Positions 46,192-56,142 of a stretch of 64,000 nucleotides of DNA are shown one piece after another (the first letter of the stretch is position 1; every line of letters starts with the position of its first letter). Location of the stretch: contig CAVYRH010000026.1 of NCBI GenBank assembly GCA_963770835.1, positions 78,811-142,810 of the forward strand. The letters run 5' to 3'. The notes below the pieces were generated by a model. It ran no database searches and was not told the origin of the DNA. It was given only the letters and a program-made list of their open reading frames with translations. This DNA is from an uncultured Pseudomonadota bacterium (GTDB lineage: Bacteria; Oederibacteriota; Muellerivitia; Muellerivitales; Muellerivitaceae). A program made the position numbers and the translations under genes.

Positions 46192-47214
46192 TTGTCCATC
46201 GACGTCCAAACCTTTGTTTCCAAGGCCGATTACGACCCGCGGTACGACTTCCAGGGAACGCTGGAAAAACACCGGCTGGATTTAAAGCCCGTCTCCATTG
46301 AGACCCTGCAGGTGAACGTCACCAAGCTTTGCAACCAGGCCTGCCGGCACTGCCATGTGGACGCCTCCCCCAAGCGCACGGAGCAAATGGACAAAGCCAC
46401 CGTGGACAAGTGCCTGGAAATCCTGGAGCGGTATCCTGCCATCAAGAACCTGGATATCACAGGCGGGGCACCCGAGTTGAACCCACACTTTGATTATTTC
46501 GTCGAGGAGGCCCGCAAGCTGGGAAAGCACGTCATGGTACGGCACAACCTGACGGTTACGCTGGACGGCAATCCCCAGACCGGGGAATCCAAGGAATACC
46601 TGCCGGGATTTTACGCCCGCAATAAAGTGGAGGTCATTTCCTCACTCCCTTATTTCCAGGAGTATTTCACCGACAAGCAAAGGGGAAAGGGAGTTTTTCA
46701 AAAAAGCCTGGAAAGCATGAAACGGTTGAATGAGGTTGGATACGGAATAGAAGGAAGCGGCCTGGCGTTGAACCTAGTTTACAACCCGGTGGGAGCTTTC
46801 CTGCCGGCCCCCCAGGCGGATTTGGAAAAGCAATTCCGGCAGGAATTGAAATCCAAATACGGCCTCGTTTTCAACCGGCTTTATACCATCACCAACATGC
46901 CCATCCACCGGTTCAAAACCCAACTCCAGCAGATCGACGGCTATGAGGCTTACATGGAAAAACTGGTGAACTCCTTCAACCCCCAGGCGGCGCAAGGCGT
47001 CATGTGCCGGTCCCTCCTGAGCGTGGGTTACGACGGGCGGATTTACGACTGTGATTTCAACCAGATGCTGGAGATGTCCCTCGGCGGCCAAGAACCGTGG
47101 ACGGTCTTCAACTTCGACTTCGAAAAACTGATGGATCGGCGCATCCTTTTCGCCTCCCATTGTTTCGGCTGTACGGCCGGGGCGGGCTCCAGTTGCGGCG
47201 GGGCGACCGCTTGA
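46192..47214 (+). CDS. arsS: Radical SAM protein with C-terminal Cys-rich tail, ArsS-like (arsenosugar biosynthesis radical SAM)
   Basis: CNQACRHCHV (CxxxCxxC) radical SAM cluster motif near the N-terminus; C-terminal CFGCTAGAGSSCGG tail characteristic of this subfamily; 340 aa. Confidence 0.65.
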   Translation: MSIDVQTFVSKADYDPRYDFQGTLEKHRLDLKPVSIETLQVNVTKLCNQACRHCHVDASPKRTEQMDKATVDKCLEILERYPAIKNLDITGGAPELNPHFDYFVEEARKLGKHVMVRHNLTVTLDGNPQTGESKEYLPGFYARNKVEVISSLPYFQEYFTDKQRGKGVFQKSLESMKRLNEVGYGIEGSGLALNLVYNPVGAFLPAPQADLEKQFRQELKSKYGLVFNRLYTITNMPIHRFKTQLQQIDGYEAYMEKLVNSFNPQAAQGVMCRSLLSVGYDGRIYDCDFNQMLEMSLGGQEPWTVFNFDFEKLMDRRILFASHCFGCTAGAGSSCGGATA

Positions 47215-47605
47215 TTTCAACAACATCCAGGGTTCTCCGGCGGCGGTTGGTGGAGCTGGGATCGATGATCTTTTTTGACTTTTCCTAGCCCTATCCTGTT
47301 ACCCGAAGTGGTAAACCGCCTTTAATTTTTCGAGCAGTCCATGTCATCGGACCTTTTTATCCTATGACTTTGAACAAAATCGGTCTCGAACCCTCTTCAT
47401 TACGGTGAAACTGCAGTAAAGATAATCATTTTCGATTTTTTATTTCATTCATGTAAAACATGCCGGTTTCCACCCTCCCGGCTGATATTTAATTCCCAAA
47501 GGACCGGTGATAATTCCTTAGGTTAAAGGAACGTCATGAGGTTGCCCCCGGATCTTTGAAGTCGGACTGCTCCCCCATTGAATCAAGTTGCCAAGGAGAA
47601 TTTTT

Positions 47606-48766
47606 ATGAAATTTAGGATTGCCGCTCTTTTTTCGTTTTTGGTTTTGACATCCGTGCTGATCATCGGCTGTCCCGGTAAGAACAGCCCTTCCTCTCCCTC
47701 GGCGTCCGCACCCACGGATACCTTTACCGCAACCAACACGGCTTGCACGGATGGATCGGGCCATACCTGCACTTTCACCGTGACCCCCACGGCCACTGAA
47801 ACCGCCACCTCCTCGCCCACCGGTACCCCGACCAATACTGCCACTGTCACGGATACCAGGACCCCCACAGCTACAACCACCAATACGGGTACCCCCACCC
47901 TTACCGGGACGCCCTCCAGCACCGCCACGATCACCAACACACCGACCAATAGTGGCACACCCACCCAAACCGGAACGCCCACCAACACTATACCCACGAC
48001 ACCCACCTCTACGGCCACCAACAGCCCCACGGGAACGCCAAGCCCGACCTATTCCCCCACGCCGGATTGCACTGGAACTTATTCCATTTCCGGTAACATT
48101 ACTTATACCGGCCCCACTTCCGGTGGAAGTAGTGCTTATGTATATGCAATACAAAACCCGGGCGGTGGCGGTAACAATTCGTGCAACCCCCCGGGCACAG
48201 GTCTTTCTGGAGGAACATCGGGATCCTACAGCCTCACCTACCTACCATCGGGTTCCTACTATGTGATCGCCTTCTATGGGGCGCTGCCAGGCAACAGTGG
48301 GCCTCCCCTGGGCTCCAATGCCGCCATTTACAATGCCGGAAATCCCGCTTGTTCCTTCAGCCCTTCCGAGAAAGTTAACGCTTCAACCAATCCGACAGGG
48401 ATCAACCTGACCTTTTCGAACACCTACCAGCTTTGGGGCGTCAACGCAGCTGTGACTTATACAGGGTCAAATTCAAACGGAGGCCTTCAGGTTGGGCTCT
48501 TCTCAGGCGTGAACACCTCCACGGGCGCTTATACCTTAATCACGGAAAATGGCGGGAATGGGGGCTCAAATTTCACTACCGGCCTTATTGACACGACCAC
48601 CGTCTGCGGCGGCGGGGGGAACGTTGAAGTCCTGGCTTGGTACGGCAACAGCTCCAACGGGCCAAACGCTGGCGACAGCTATGGCTATTACGGCACGACA
48701 TCGGAAGTGAATAATTCTACTTCAACGATTAGTATTATATTCAGCGACTCGACTACTTGGCATTGA
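47606..48766 (+). CDS. Lipoprotein with long Thr/Pro-rich linker and C-terminal beta-rich domain, hypothetical
   Basis: Lipobox LIIGC after [17 protein letters not shown]; about 100 aa of TPT/TGT repeats; followed by a terminator at 48798..48832. Confidence 0.5.
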   Translation: MKFRIAALFSFLVLTSVLIIGCPGKNSPSSPSASAPTDTFTATNTACTDGSGHTCTFTVTPTATETATSSPTGTPTNTATVTDTRTPTATTTNTGTPTLTGTPSSTATITNTPTNSGTPTQTGTPTNTIPTTPTSTATNSPTGTPSPTYSPTPDCTGTYSISGNITYTGPTSGGSSAYVYAIQNPGGGGNNSCNPPGTGLSGGTSGSYSLTYLPSGSYYVIAFYGALPGNSGPPLGSNAAIYNAGNPACSFSPSEKVNASTNPTGINLTFSNTYQLWGVNAAVTYTGSNSNGGLQVGLFSGVNTSTGAYTLITENGGNGGSNFTTGLIDTTTVCGGGGNVEVLAWYGNSSNGPNAGDSYGYYGTTSEVNNSTSTISIIFSDSTTWH

Positions 48767-48797
48767 GTCAAACTTAAATTAGGTTAAAAAAGTAAAC

Positions 48798-48832
48798 GAA
48801 GCCTGGGCCATTCGGCCCGGGCTTTTTTTTGT
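48798..48832 (+). terminator. Rho-independent terminator
   Basis: gcctgggcc-attc-ggcccgggc hairpin followed by an 8-T run. Confidence 0.6.
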
Positions 48833-48990
48833 TTTCTCCCATGTATTGCGAAACCATTCCTCCAAAAAGTCGATTTAGGCTGGTTTTCAGCTAGCTTTGG
48901 GATAAATATCTAACAAATAATCAACAAATGCCAAGGTTAAACGGATATAATTCCACCAACATCGATAGGTCAACCCCTTCAGGAGGATGT

Positions 48991-49821
48991 ATGAAAAAGT
49001 TTTTAGCAGTGATTTCGATATTTTGCGCGACGGCGTTGTTCATGGCCGGCACCCGGGTTTTCGCGGACGACTCGACCCCCGCAGCTTCCACCACGCCCAG
49101 TACCACCTCAACGGGGTCCAAGCATCATGGGAAAAAGAAAGCCTCATTAACTCCCACCCCCCAACCAACGGTTCAAGCGATTCCGCAATCCACAGCGACT
49201 TCCACCGCAACACCGAAAACCGCCACTGCGACGCCCACTCCGATGGCCTTTTTCACCTCCACGCTTTTCTCGGGGAACGTAAGGCTTTACGACCGGATGG
49301 GAGTCCCGGGCGATTTGCAAAAAGCCATTGCCGCTGCGGCAAAGACCACGGGTTCCTCCGTGGCGAAACACGACCGGTCCGTTTTCTTGTGGTTAGGCAA
49401 GGTTACTTCCGGCAGCGACAGTGACCGCGCAAACGCCTATATCCGTTTCAGCCTGGATGGAGTCGCGTTCGATGGGCCGAAGAAACCGTCGTTGGTCCTG
49501 ACCGGCACGGTTTACGACCAATCGGGGAACGTCTGCAAGGCGGGGGATTTCGTCGAAGTGGCAGTGGATTTCCGGAGCATCAAAGTGGATTACGAGGGGA
49601 CCAAGCTGGGGGAGGTCAACAAGGGGAACGACATCGCCGACCAGGTTTTCGACATCCTCAATGGACACTCCTCCTACCAATGGGTCTTAATCGCCCAAGA
49701 TCAGGTCCGGGACCCCCAGGAATCCATGGGCATGCCGACCTTTGTGGTCAAAGCCCAGGATGGTTACGCTTTCCTCCAAGCCCTGGATAGCCATTCCCAT
49801 TCCAGCGCCTCCGATCGCTGA
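48991..49821 (+). CDS. Secreted hypothetical protein (Thr/Ser/Pro-rich N-terminal region)
   Basis: Signal peptide MKKFLAVISIFCATALFMAGTRVFA (internal Met of ORF 48928..49821). Confidence 0.45.
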   Translation: MKKFLAVISIFCATALFMAGTRVFADDSTPAASTTPSTTSTGSKHHGKKKASLTPTPQPTVQAIPQSTATSTATPKTATATPTPMAFFTSTLFSGNVRLYDRMGVPGDLQKAIAAAAKTTGSSVAKHDRSVFLWLGKVTSGSDSDRANAYIRFSLDGVAFDGPKKPSLVLTGTVYDQSGNVCKAGDFVEVAVDFRSIKVDYEGTKLGEVNKGNDIADQVFDILNGHSSYQWVLIAQDQVRDPQESMGMPTFVVKAQDGYAFLQALDSHSHSSASDR

Positions 49822-49828
49822 GGCGGGC

Positions 49829-51340
49829 ATGAAAACAAAATTCGGAAAATTCCTCAGCCGGTGGCTGGCCTTAGCACTTTTGGCTTGCCCCGGATGGGCC
49901 TCCGCCCTGGGGCTTCCTTTTGCCTCGCCCCCTTTGGTCATCGAAGCCAAGGGAATGGGTAACGCGGTGGTCGCGGATGGCACTCTCTTTAACGCCACCG
50001 CTTACAACCCCGCCCTCCTTCAAAATTACAGCGATTTCGGCGAAGTGCACCTGGAACTTAATCTGGGCAACGACGTCTTCGGAATGGCTAATTATCTGAC
50101 TAATTCCGATAACACCAATAACCTCCAGAATTCCTTACAGAACGTGAACCAGTCCTTTCAAGATATCAACAACGGCTTAACTGCCTTCGCCAACGGTAAC
50201 TCAAGTGGGGTCACAACCTTTAACCAGGGCGTCACCGGACTTCAAACCGCCGTCAACAACATCCAAACGGCCATATCTCACTTCACCGACAAGACTATCC
50301 AGTTGGGAGCGGGCCTTGATATCGCCTTCAAAATTGACGACAACTGGGGTTTCCAGGCCTACAACACCAGCCAGGCGGCTTTCCAGGTTTCCCGTGGAAG
50401 CCTAGTCCAAGCCCTCCTGGCCCTTCAAACTCTTCCCACACTACAAACCAACTCCAATCAGGCGGTGACGCAAGCGGCGGTCTCCCTTTATGGGAACGCC
50501 CAGTCGATTTTCAACGCCTTCCTGACCCCCACCCAACAGCAACAGTTGAGTACGGCTGTCTCGACTTTAAAGTCTTCAAATGGAGACAACGCGGCCCTAT
50601 TGGCTTTCGCCAATAGCGTTAACAGTGTCCTATCCAGCGTATCCTCCCAACTCTCGCAACAGGCCCTTTTCAACGACATCGCCCCCATTACGGCCTTCGT
50701 TTACTCCGACACGGTATTGATGGCCACCTATTGCACGAGACCCTTGGAGAGCGACGGAAACCTTACGACTGGGATCAACCTCAAGGCCGTCAACCGGCGC
50801 ATCGCCTCCATCAATTCGATCTACCTGGCCGCCCAAAATACGAGCCAGTTCTCGGATATCGGAAACGACCTCAAGAACGACATTCAGCAATCCACTTGGC
50901 GTTGGGGTGTGGACTTGGGGGTCTTGTATAACTTTGACGATCCAAGGATAGCGGTGGGGGCCTGTGCCACCGACCTGCTACATTCCACGGCCACGCTCAA
51001 AACCCAGTCCAACGACCCGCTTTATGGGCTGGTGACGGACTCGGCACCGACGGTGGTGCGGGTGGGGGCTTCCTATAAACCCCTCAAGGAATTGACTGTC
51101 AACGCAGACATCGACGACCTCTTAGGCAACACCTCTTATTACCAGGGCCTGGATGCCTTCTCTCACGTGGATTTCGGGTTCAACTATAACCTCGGGGGGA
51201 TTCTTCAACTGCGGGGAGGTATCACCAACGACAACCTCTGTGGCGGAGTGGGGCTTCCCTTGGGCATCCAGTATGCCTTTGCCGTGGACAACCTCACCCA
51301 AAGCTACAACCATTACTTGCAGTTCGACGTGGCTTTCTAG
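49829..51340 (+). CDS. Putative outer-membrane beta-barrel protein, hypothetical
   Basis: Signal peptide MKTKFGKFLSRWLALALLACPGWASA; Asn/Gln-rich; amphipathic C-terminus ending ...HYLQFDVAF (terminal Phe, OMP signature). Terminator at 51376..51402. Confidence 0.45.
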   Translation: MKTKFGKFLSRWLALALLACPGWASALGLPFASPPLVIEAKGMGNAVVADGTLFNATAYNPALLQNYSDFGEVHLELNLGNDVFGMANYLTNSDNTNNLQNSLQNVNQSFQDINNGLTAFANGNSSGVTTFNQGVTGLQTAVNNIQTAISHFTDKTIQLGAGLDIAFKIDDNWGFQAYNTSQAAFQVSRGSLVQALLALQTLPTLQTNSNQAVTQAAVSLYGNAQSIFNAFLTPTQQQQLSTAVSTLKSSNGDNAALLAFANSVNSVLSSVSSQLSQQALFNDIAPITAFVYSDTVLMATYCTRPLESDGNLTTGINLKAVNRRIASINSIYLAAQNTSQFSDIGNDLKNDIQQSTWRWGVDLGVLYNFDDPRIAVGACATDLLHSTATLKTQSNDPLYGLVTDSAPTVVRVGASYKPLKELTVNADIDDLLGNTSYYQGLDAFSHVDFGFNYNLGGILQLRGGITNDNLCGGVGLPLGIQYAFAVDNLTQSYNHYLQFDVAF

Positions 51341-51375
51341 ACCGTCCTAGTTCTGGAAAATTTCGGATTTCATCA

Positions 51376-51402
51376 AAGCCCGGCTAAAAGCCGGGTTTTT
51401 TG
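51376..51402 (+). terminator. Rho-independent terminator
   Basis: aaagcccggc-taaaa-gccgggtttttt. Confidence 0.6.
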
Positions 51403-51545
51403 TTTCTTGAAAGAGGTTTTGTTTCCGAATAAACTACGTCCCCCGCAAAAGACCTTGGACATTTACCCGTTGGATCTTTGCCCCAAGGGTGGAATGCCAA
51501 GTCTGTTTTTAGATCAGGCCCCTGGCCCGATTGTTTATTGATTTT

Positions 51546-51621
51546 GGACATTTAGCTCAGCTGGTTAGAGCGTCGCGTTCACATCGCGAAGGTCACTGGT
51601 TCAAATCCAGTAATGTCCACC
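51546..51621 (+). tRNA. tRNA-Val (anticodon CAC)
   Basis: Hand-folded cloverleaf: acceptor ggacatt/aatgtcc, D-arm gctc-agctggttag-agc, anticodon stem tcgcg/cgcga with loop ttCACat, T-arm actgg-ttcaaat-ccagt, encoded CCA. Confidence 0.85.
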
Positions 51622-51630
51622 AACCGCAAA

Positions 51631-51664
51631 AGCCCGTCCCCTTTTGGGTGACGGGCTTTTTTAT
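51631..51664 (+). terminator. Rho-independent terminator after the tRNA
   Basis: gcccgtcccc-ttttg-ggtgacgggc followed by ttttttat. Confidence 0.55.
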
Positions 51665-51731
51665 GCAAAGCCAATGAAAATTCCATGATTCATCTCATTG
51701 TCCAAGGTTAACCCTTTGTTACAATATCCGC

Positions 51732-52421
51732 ATGTGCTCTCGCTTCGTCCTCAAAAGCCCGCCGAAAGCCATCGCCAACATGTTCAAGTTGGAAAAAGCC
51801 GTCGATTGGAAGCCCCGATACAACGTGGCGCCGTCCCAGAAAATCCCCACTATCATCCGCCCCCTCGGGAATAAGACCCGCGAAATGAAGCTGTTGCAGT
51901 GGGGGTTCGTGGCTTCCTGGACCCAGGGGGGAAGGCTTTTAGTGAACGTCCAAAGCGAGAACATCGGCGATAAGCCGATCCTTCAGGAGTCCTTCGAGAA
52001 GTGGCGGTGCCTCATCCCCGTGGACGGCTTTTACGAGTGGCGGCACCAGGCCAAGGAAACCCATCCCTATTACATCCAAATGAAGGACAAAAAAACTTTC
52101 GCCCTGGCGGGGCTTTGGGCCCCGCAAAAGCTGGAGAACCAGACGCTGGAAGTCTGCGCCATCCTGACCACGACCCCCAATGAGGTGGTACGCGTGGTGC
52201 ACGACCGGATGCCGGTGATCGTGGACCCAAAGTATTATGACCTATGGCTGAACTCGGACGACGTCCGGGATTTCAAGGAGATCGAAAAGCTCTTCCGCCC
52301 CTATCCGGGGGAAGAAATGGAAGCCTACCAGGTTGGCGCCTGGGTGAACAACGTCATCCACGACGACGGGAAGTGCATCGAGCCTTCCAACGAACCAGAG
52401 ACGCTGGCCTTCGAGTTCTAA
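51732..52421 (+). CDS. SOS response-associated peptidase (SRAP; YedK/HMCES family, abasic-site processing)
   Basis: N-terminal MCSRF (catalytic Cys2), NVAPSQ, FYEW, ILTT and DRMPVI motifs of the SRAP family; 229 aa. Confidence 0.8.
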   Translation: MCSRFVLKSPPKAIANMFKLEKAVDWKPRYNVAPSQKIPTIIRPLGNKTREMKLLQWGFVASWTQGGRLLVNVQSENIGDKPILQESFEKWRCLIPVDGFYEWRHQAKETHPYYIQMKDKKTFALAGLWAPQKLENQTLEVCAILTTTPNEVVRVVHDRMPVIVDPKYYDLWLNSDDVRDFKEIEKLFRPYPGEEMEAYQVGAWVNNVIHDDGKCIEPSNEPETLAFEF

Positions 52422-52554
52422 CCTAAAACCTCTATTGAACCACCAAGGCACCAAGGGCACCAAGAACAACGAATGACAAAGAAGTGGACCCCCAAAGCAA
52501 AATTCTCTTTTGCTTTCCTTGGTGTCTATGTGTCTTCGCGGTTAAGCATTTTTG

Positions 52555-53034
52555 TTAAAAGTTCCTAAGTTCTTTTCCGCCGCGGAAAACCGCCGAGCTG
52601 TCCGGTGTTTCCCAAAGCGCCACTTCCACCTGCCGCACCTTTTCCTTTTTTAAAAAGGGCTCCAAGCGTTTCCAGATCACCTGGGCCATGTTCTCGGCAG
52701 TGGGCTGGAAGAAGGGGTCGCCCTTGAACGGTTCCACTTCCTTGTTGATGAAGCGGTGGTCGAAGCGGGCGTAAACTTCCCTCTTTAAAATCTCCTTTAA
52801 CACCCGGAAGTCCATGACGAAGCCCGTGACGGGGTCGACGGGGCCTTGGACGGTGACTTTCAACCGGTAGGAATGGCCATGGGGGTAAAAAACGGCCTTG
52901 GGATCATCCTTCCGATACCCCGCGCATTTGCGGAACACCTCCAGGTTCTTGGCCCGGTCCCACTTGGGGTTGTGCAGGTAATGCGCCGCCTCAAAGGTGA
53001 TCTCTTTTGAGATTTCGGCGATGGTCTTTTTCAT
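52555..53034 (-). CDS. queD: 6-carboxy-5,6,7,8-tetrahydropterin synthase (QueD/PTPS family)
   Basis: Starts at internal Met MKKTIAEISKEITFEAAH; contains YPHGHSYRLKVTVQG and FINKEVEPF motifs (CxxHGH/PTPS fold). Upstream part of ORF 52555..53442 overlaps nadE and is non-coding. Confidence 0.75.
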   Translation of the reverse strand: MKKTIAEISKEITFEAAHYLHNPKWDRAKNLEVFRKCAGYRKDDPKAVFYPHGHSYRLKVTVQGPVDPVTGFVMDFRVLKEILKREVYARFDHRFINKEVEPFKGDPFFQPTAENMAQVIWKRLEPFLKKEKVRQVEVALWETPDSSAVFRGGKELRNF

Positions 53035-54674
53035 GCATCTTCCTTGAATTTTTGCGCGATGGGCACCCGTCGGCCCATGCCGAAGGCCTTGGTGGTGACC
53101 TTCAGGCCCGGCGCCATCTGGCGGCGCTTGTACTCGTTGCGGTTGATCTTTCCCAGTACTTCCTCGACCAACTTGGCGTCGAAGCCGGCCTTTACGATCT
53201 TGAAGGGCGGCTGGTTCTCCTCGATATAAAGGCGGAGGATGGCGTCCAAGGTTTCGTATGGGGGGAGGCTGTCCTGGTCGGTCTGGTTGGGCCTCAGTTC
53301 CGCCGAGGGCGGTTTGGCGAAGACCGCCTCGGGGATAAGGTGTTCCTTGCGGTTCACGTGCAGGGACAGCCGATACACCATCCCCTTGGGTACGTCCGAA
53401 ATCACCGCCAACCCGCCGCACATGTCCCCGTAAAGGGTGCAATAGCCCACCGCCAGTTCGCTCTTGTTGCCGGTGGAGAGCACCAATCGGTTGAACTTAT
53501 TGGAAAGAGCCATGAGGATCAGCCCTCGCAGGCGGGCCTGGATGTTTTCTTCCGTCGCGTCCTTCGGCAAGTCCTTAAAAACCGGCTTAAGGGTCCCCAG
53601 TGACTCCTCCAATAACGGCGTAATGGGGACTTCCTTAAACTCCATGCCCAAAGTTTGGGCCAACTGGCGGGAATCCTCAATGGAACCCTTCGAGGAAAAG
53701 GGCGAGGGCATGGTGACCCCCATGACGTTTTCGGGCCCCAGGGCCTGGCAGGCGATGGCCGCCACCAGGGAGGAATCGATCCCACCGGAGAGGCCGATCA
53801 GGACCTTCTCAAACCCGCATTTATGGACGTAATCCCGGGTACCCAAGACCAAAGCCCGGTAAATGTTATCGATCTCAACCGCCGGGGGCACAGCGGGCTG
53901 CAGCGACGGGTTTTCCGTGTCGTAGACGAAGAAGTCCTCCTCGAAAGCCTTTCCCAACCGGAAAAGGTTGCCGGCCGCGTCCATCACCATGCTGCAGCCG
54001 TCGAAGACCAGCTCATCGTTGCCGCCCACCAGGTTGCAGTAAAGCACCGGAGCCTTGGTTTTCTTGCTTACGTCCTTGAGCAGCGTCTGGCGCACGGAGA
54101 GTTTGGCGTAATGGAAAGGGGAGGCCGAAAGATTCAAAACCAGGTCGGGCCTGGCCTTGGCCAATTCCTCCACCGGGTCCTTAGCATAAAGCCGGTGGGT
54201 AAAGACACCCTCGACGTTCCAGATGTCCTCGCAAATGGTGACGGCGATCTTTAATCCCTTATAAGAGAAGGGCGGCTCGGGCTTGGAAGCCGGGGCGAAA
54301 TAGCGGGCCTCGTCGAAAACGTCGTAGTTGGGCAAGAGAACTTTTTTATAAACATACAGGATGGCGCCATCGGCCACCGCCACAGCGGCATTGAAAAGGG
54401 GGTTCCCCGGGTCCTTGTTCTCCTGGATAGTGCCCACCACGGCCAGGATGCCTTGGGCCGCCTGGGCCACTTTCTCCAAGGCCTTCCGGGACTTTTCGAA
54501 AAACGAGAAGCGGTCCAAAAGGTCCCGGGGAGGGTATCCGGTGATGGTCAATTCGGGGAAAAGGGCCAGCCCGCAGCCGGCCTTCCGGGCCTTTTCCAGG
54601 TATAGGCTTATTTTTTCGACGTTGCCGTCGAAGTCGCCCACGGTTGTGTTGATCTGGCAAACGGCGATTTTCAT
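53031..54674 (-). CDS. nadE: Glutamine-dependent NAD+ synthetase (N-terminal CN-hydrolase domain, C-terminal NAD synthetase domain)
   Basis: 547 aa; nitrilase-type N-terminal domain (MKIAVCQIN...LALFPEL...ICEDIW) and PP-loop GLSGGIDSSLVAAIA. Confidence 0.85.
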   Translation of the reverse strand: MKIAVCQINTTVGDFDGNVEKISLYLEKARKAGCGLALFPELTITGYPPRDLLDRFSFFEKSRKALEKVAQAAQGILAVVGTIQENKDPGNPLFNAAVAVADGAILYVYKKVLLPNYDVFDEARYFAPASKPEPPFSYKGLKIAVTICEDIWNVEGVFTHRLYAKDPVEELAKARPDLVLNLSASPFHYAKLSVRQTLLKDVSKKTKAPVLYCNLVGGNDELVFDGCSMVMDAAGNLFRLGKAFEEDFFVYDTENPSLQPAVPPAVEIDNIYRALVLGTRDYVHKCGFEKVLIGLSGGIDSSLVAAIACQALGPENVMGVTMPSPFSSKGSIEDSRQLAQTLGMEFKEVPITPLLEESLGTLKPVFKDLPKDATEENIQARLRGLILMALSNKFNRLVLSTGNKSELAVGYCTLYGDMCGGLAVISDVPKGMVYRLSLHVNRKEHLIPEAVFAKPPSAELRPNQTDQDSLPPYETLDAILRLYIEENQPPFKIVKAGFDAKLVEEVLGKINRNEYKRRQMAPGLKVTTKAFGMGRRVPIAQKFKEDA

Positions 54675-54708
54675 CTAAAACCTTTTGAACCGCGGAGTAC
54701 ACGGAGAA

Positions 54709-54768
54709 CACAGGGTAAAACAACTTTCAATCTTTTGTTTTACCCTGTGAACCCTGTGTCCCCTGTGG
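54709..54768 (+). repeat. 13-bp perfect inverted repeat (cacagggtaaaacaa-N11-ttgttttaccctgtg) followed by three direct ccctgtg repeats, in the nadE / metallophosphoesterase divergent region
   Basis: Read directly; the stem motif cacaggg...ccctgtg resembles the hairpin module of the repeat family near lpd and in addA. Confidence 0.5.
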
Positions 54769-54837
54769 CTAAGATGTTTTTTATTTGAGCGCTTAGTGTA
54801 AGGTGAACGCCGTGTTAAGTCAAAAAGAGGAGCATCC

Positions 54838-55350
54838 TTGATTTTCGGGGTTTTGGCGGACACCCACGGCGTCCTGACGGCGGCCCAAGAGGCGGTTTTG
54901 AAAAAAGCCTTCAAGGGCGTGGACTATATCCTTCACGCGGGGCCCGTGGGGGACTTGCGGGTGCTGGAGCAACTATCCAAGATCGCGCCCACGCGGGGGG
55001 TCTGCGGCAACGCGGAAAATTCCATCATCCGGTCCGAGCTTTACGTGCGGCAGGCCTGGCGGGCGGGCGTCGTCACCCTGGGGCTCGTCCACGGCTACGG
55101 CAAGCCCCACGGCCTGAAAGCCTGGCTCATGAAGCAGTTTGAGGAAGACCCGGTGCAGGTCATCGTCTATGGCCGGAACTTCGAGCCCACGGCCCGTCAA
55201 ATCGGCGGCGTTTATTTTTTCAGCCCCGGCTCCTTTTCCGGCAACCTACCCGAAGGCCAGCATGGCAAAAAAGGCCCGGCCCGCGTAGGATTGTTGTTTA
55301 TCCACGGAAAAAAAGTGGACGGGCAGGCCGGCCTACCGGCCAGCCACTAA
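54838..55350 (+). CDS. Metallophosphoesterase, YfcE/MJ0936-like phosphodiesterase family (TTG start)
   Basis: 170 aa; GVLADTHG, ILHAGPVGD and GNAEN blocks corresponding to calcineurin-like phosphoesterase motifs. Confidence 0.55.
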   Translation: MIFGVLADTHGVLTAAQEAVLKKAFKGVDYILHAGPVGDLRVLEQLSKIAPTRGVCGNAENSIIRSELYVRQAWRAGVVTLGLVHGYGKPHGLKAWLMKQFEEDPVQVIVYGRNFEPTARQIGGVYFFSPGSFSGNLPEGQHGKKGPARVGLLFIHGKKVDGQAGLPASH

Positions 55351-55374
55351 TTCAAGGCATCCGATTGGATCATT

Positions 55375-56061
55375 ATGAATTGGCGCTTGATACCTTCCAC
55401 CTGCTTGCCGAGCCCCGGCCAAATGGCCTATGACGCCGAACTTTTCAAGGGCTTCCAAGCGGGCCAGCCGCCCATCCTCCGGTTCTTTTTCTTTGAGCAA
55501 CCAACCCTGACCCTTGGAAGATTGGAGGCCCGCAGACTGAATTTGGAGACCCTGCCTTACCCCCACCAAATCCGTCCCACCGGCGGCCGGGCGGTTTTGC
55601 ACGGCGGGGGGGACCTCTGTTATTCCATCGTGGCCGCCACCGATGACCCCCTGGTGGGAGGCGCCCTTTTGGAAAGCTACCGCAAGGTCAGCGGGGTCCT
55701 GGCCTACGCCCTTCGCGGACTCGACCGGGAAGTCAGGCTTTCCGACGAAAAACACCCAGGTCTTGAAGCCGGCCATTGTTTTTCCGCGCCGTCCTTCGCC
55801 GAACTCACGCTTCACGGGAAAAAAGTGGCAGGAGGGGCCCAGGCCCGGGAAGGCGGGATTTTCCTGCAACAAGGGGTTATTCTTCTGTCCGTGGCCGAGG
55901 GTTGGAAATCCCTGTTTTCGAATGAGGCCGCTGGGGTCATGGCGGGCTTGAACGATGACAAAACCCTCCCCGCGGTAAGCCGGCTGGACGTGGAGCGGGC
56001 CGTGACGGGGGCCTTTGAGGAAACGGGCGTTGTTTTTGAGAAACATTTTGCGCCAGTATGA
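55375..56061 (+). CDS. Biotin/lipoate A/B protein ligase family protein (lipoate-protein ligase or octanoyltransferase-like)
   Basis: 228 aa; BPL/LPL catalytic-domain-like core (RPTGGRAVLHGGGDLCYSIV...GKKVAGGAQ); adjacent to an lpd-like gene. Confidence 0.55.
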   Translation: MNWRLIPSTCLPSPGQMAYDAELFKGFQAGQPPILRFFFFEQPTLTLGRLEARRLNLETLPYPHQIRPTGGRAVLHGGGDLCYSIVAATDDPLVGGALLESYRKVSGVLAYALRGLDREVRLSDEKHPGLEAGHCFSAPSFAELTLHGKKVAGGAQAREGGIFLQQGVILLSVAEGWKSLFSNEAAGVMAGLNDDKTLPAVSRLDVERAVTGAFEETGVVFEKHFAPV

Positions 56062-56142
56062 TTTTCCTTAGGCCAGGGACGACGCTCACTGGATACAATC
56101 GAGCGTCTTCCAAACTATTGTTTTTTTAGAAAGGCTTTTCCC

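Noticed and set aside
47518-48154. Gly/Arg-rich minus-strand ORFs over the lipoprotein gene
   Set aside because: Reverse-frame reading of the Thr/Pro (ACN/CCN) linker codons; shadow ORFs.
51546-52421. tRNA-Val as an integration site for a genomic island
   Set aside because: Genes downstream (SRAP peptidase, queD, nadE) have native GC content. No integrase and no direct repeat of the tRNA 3' end were seen.
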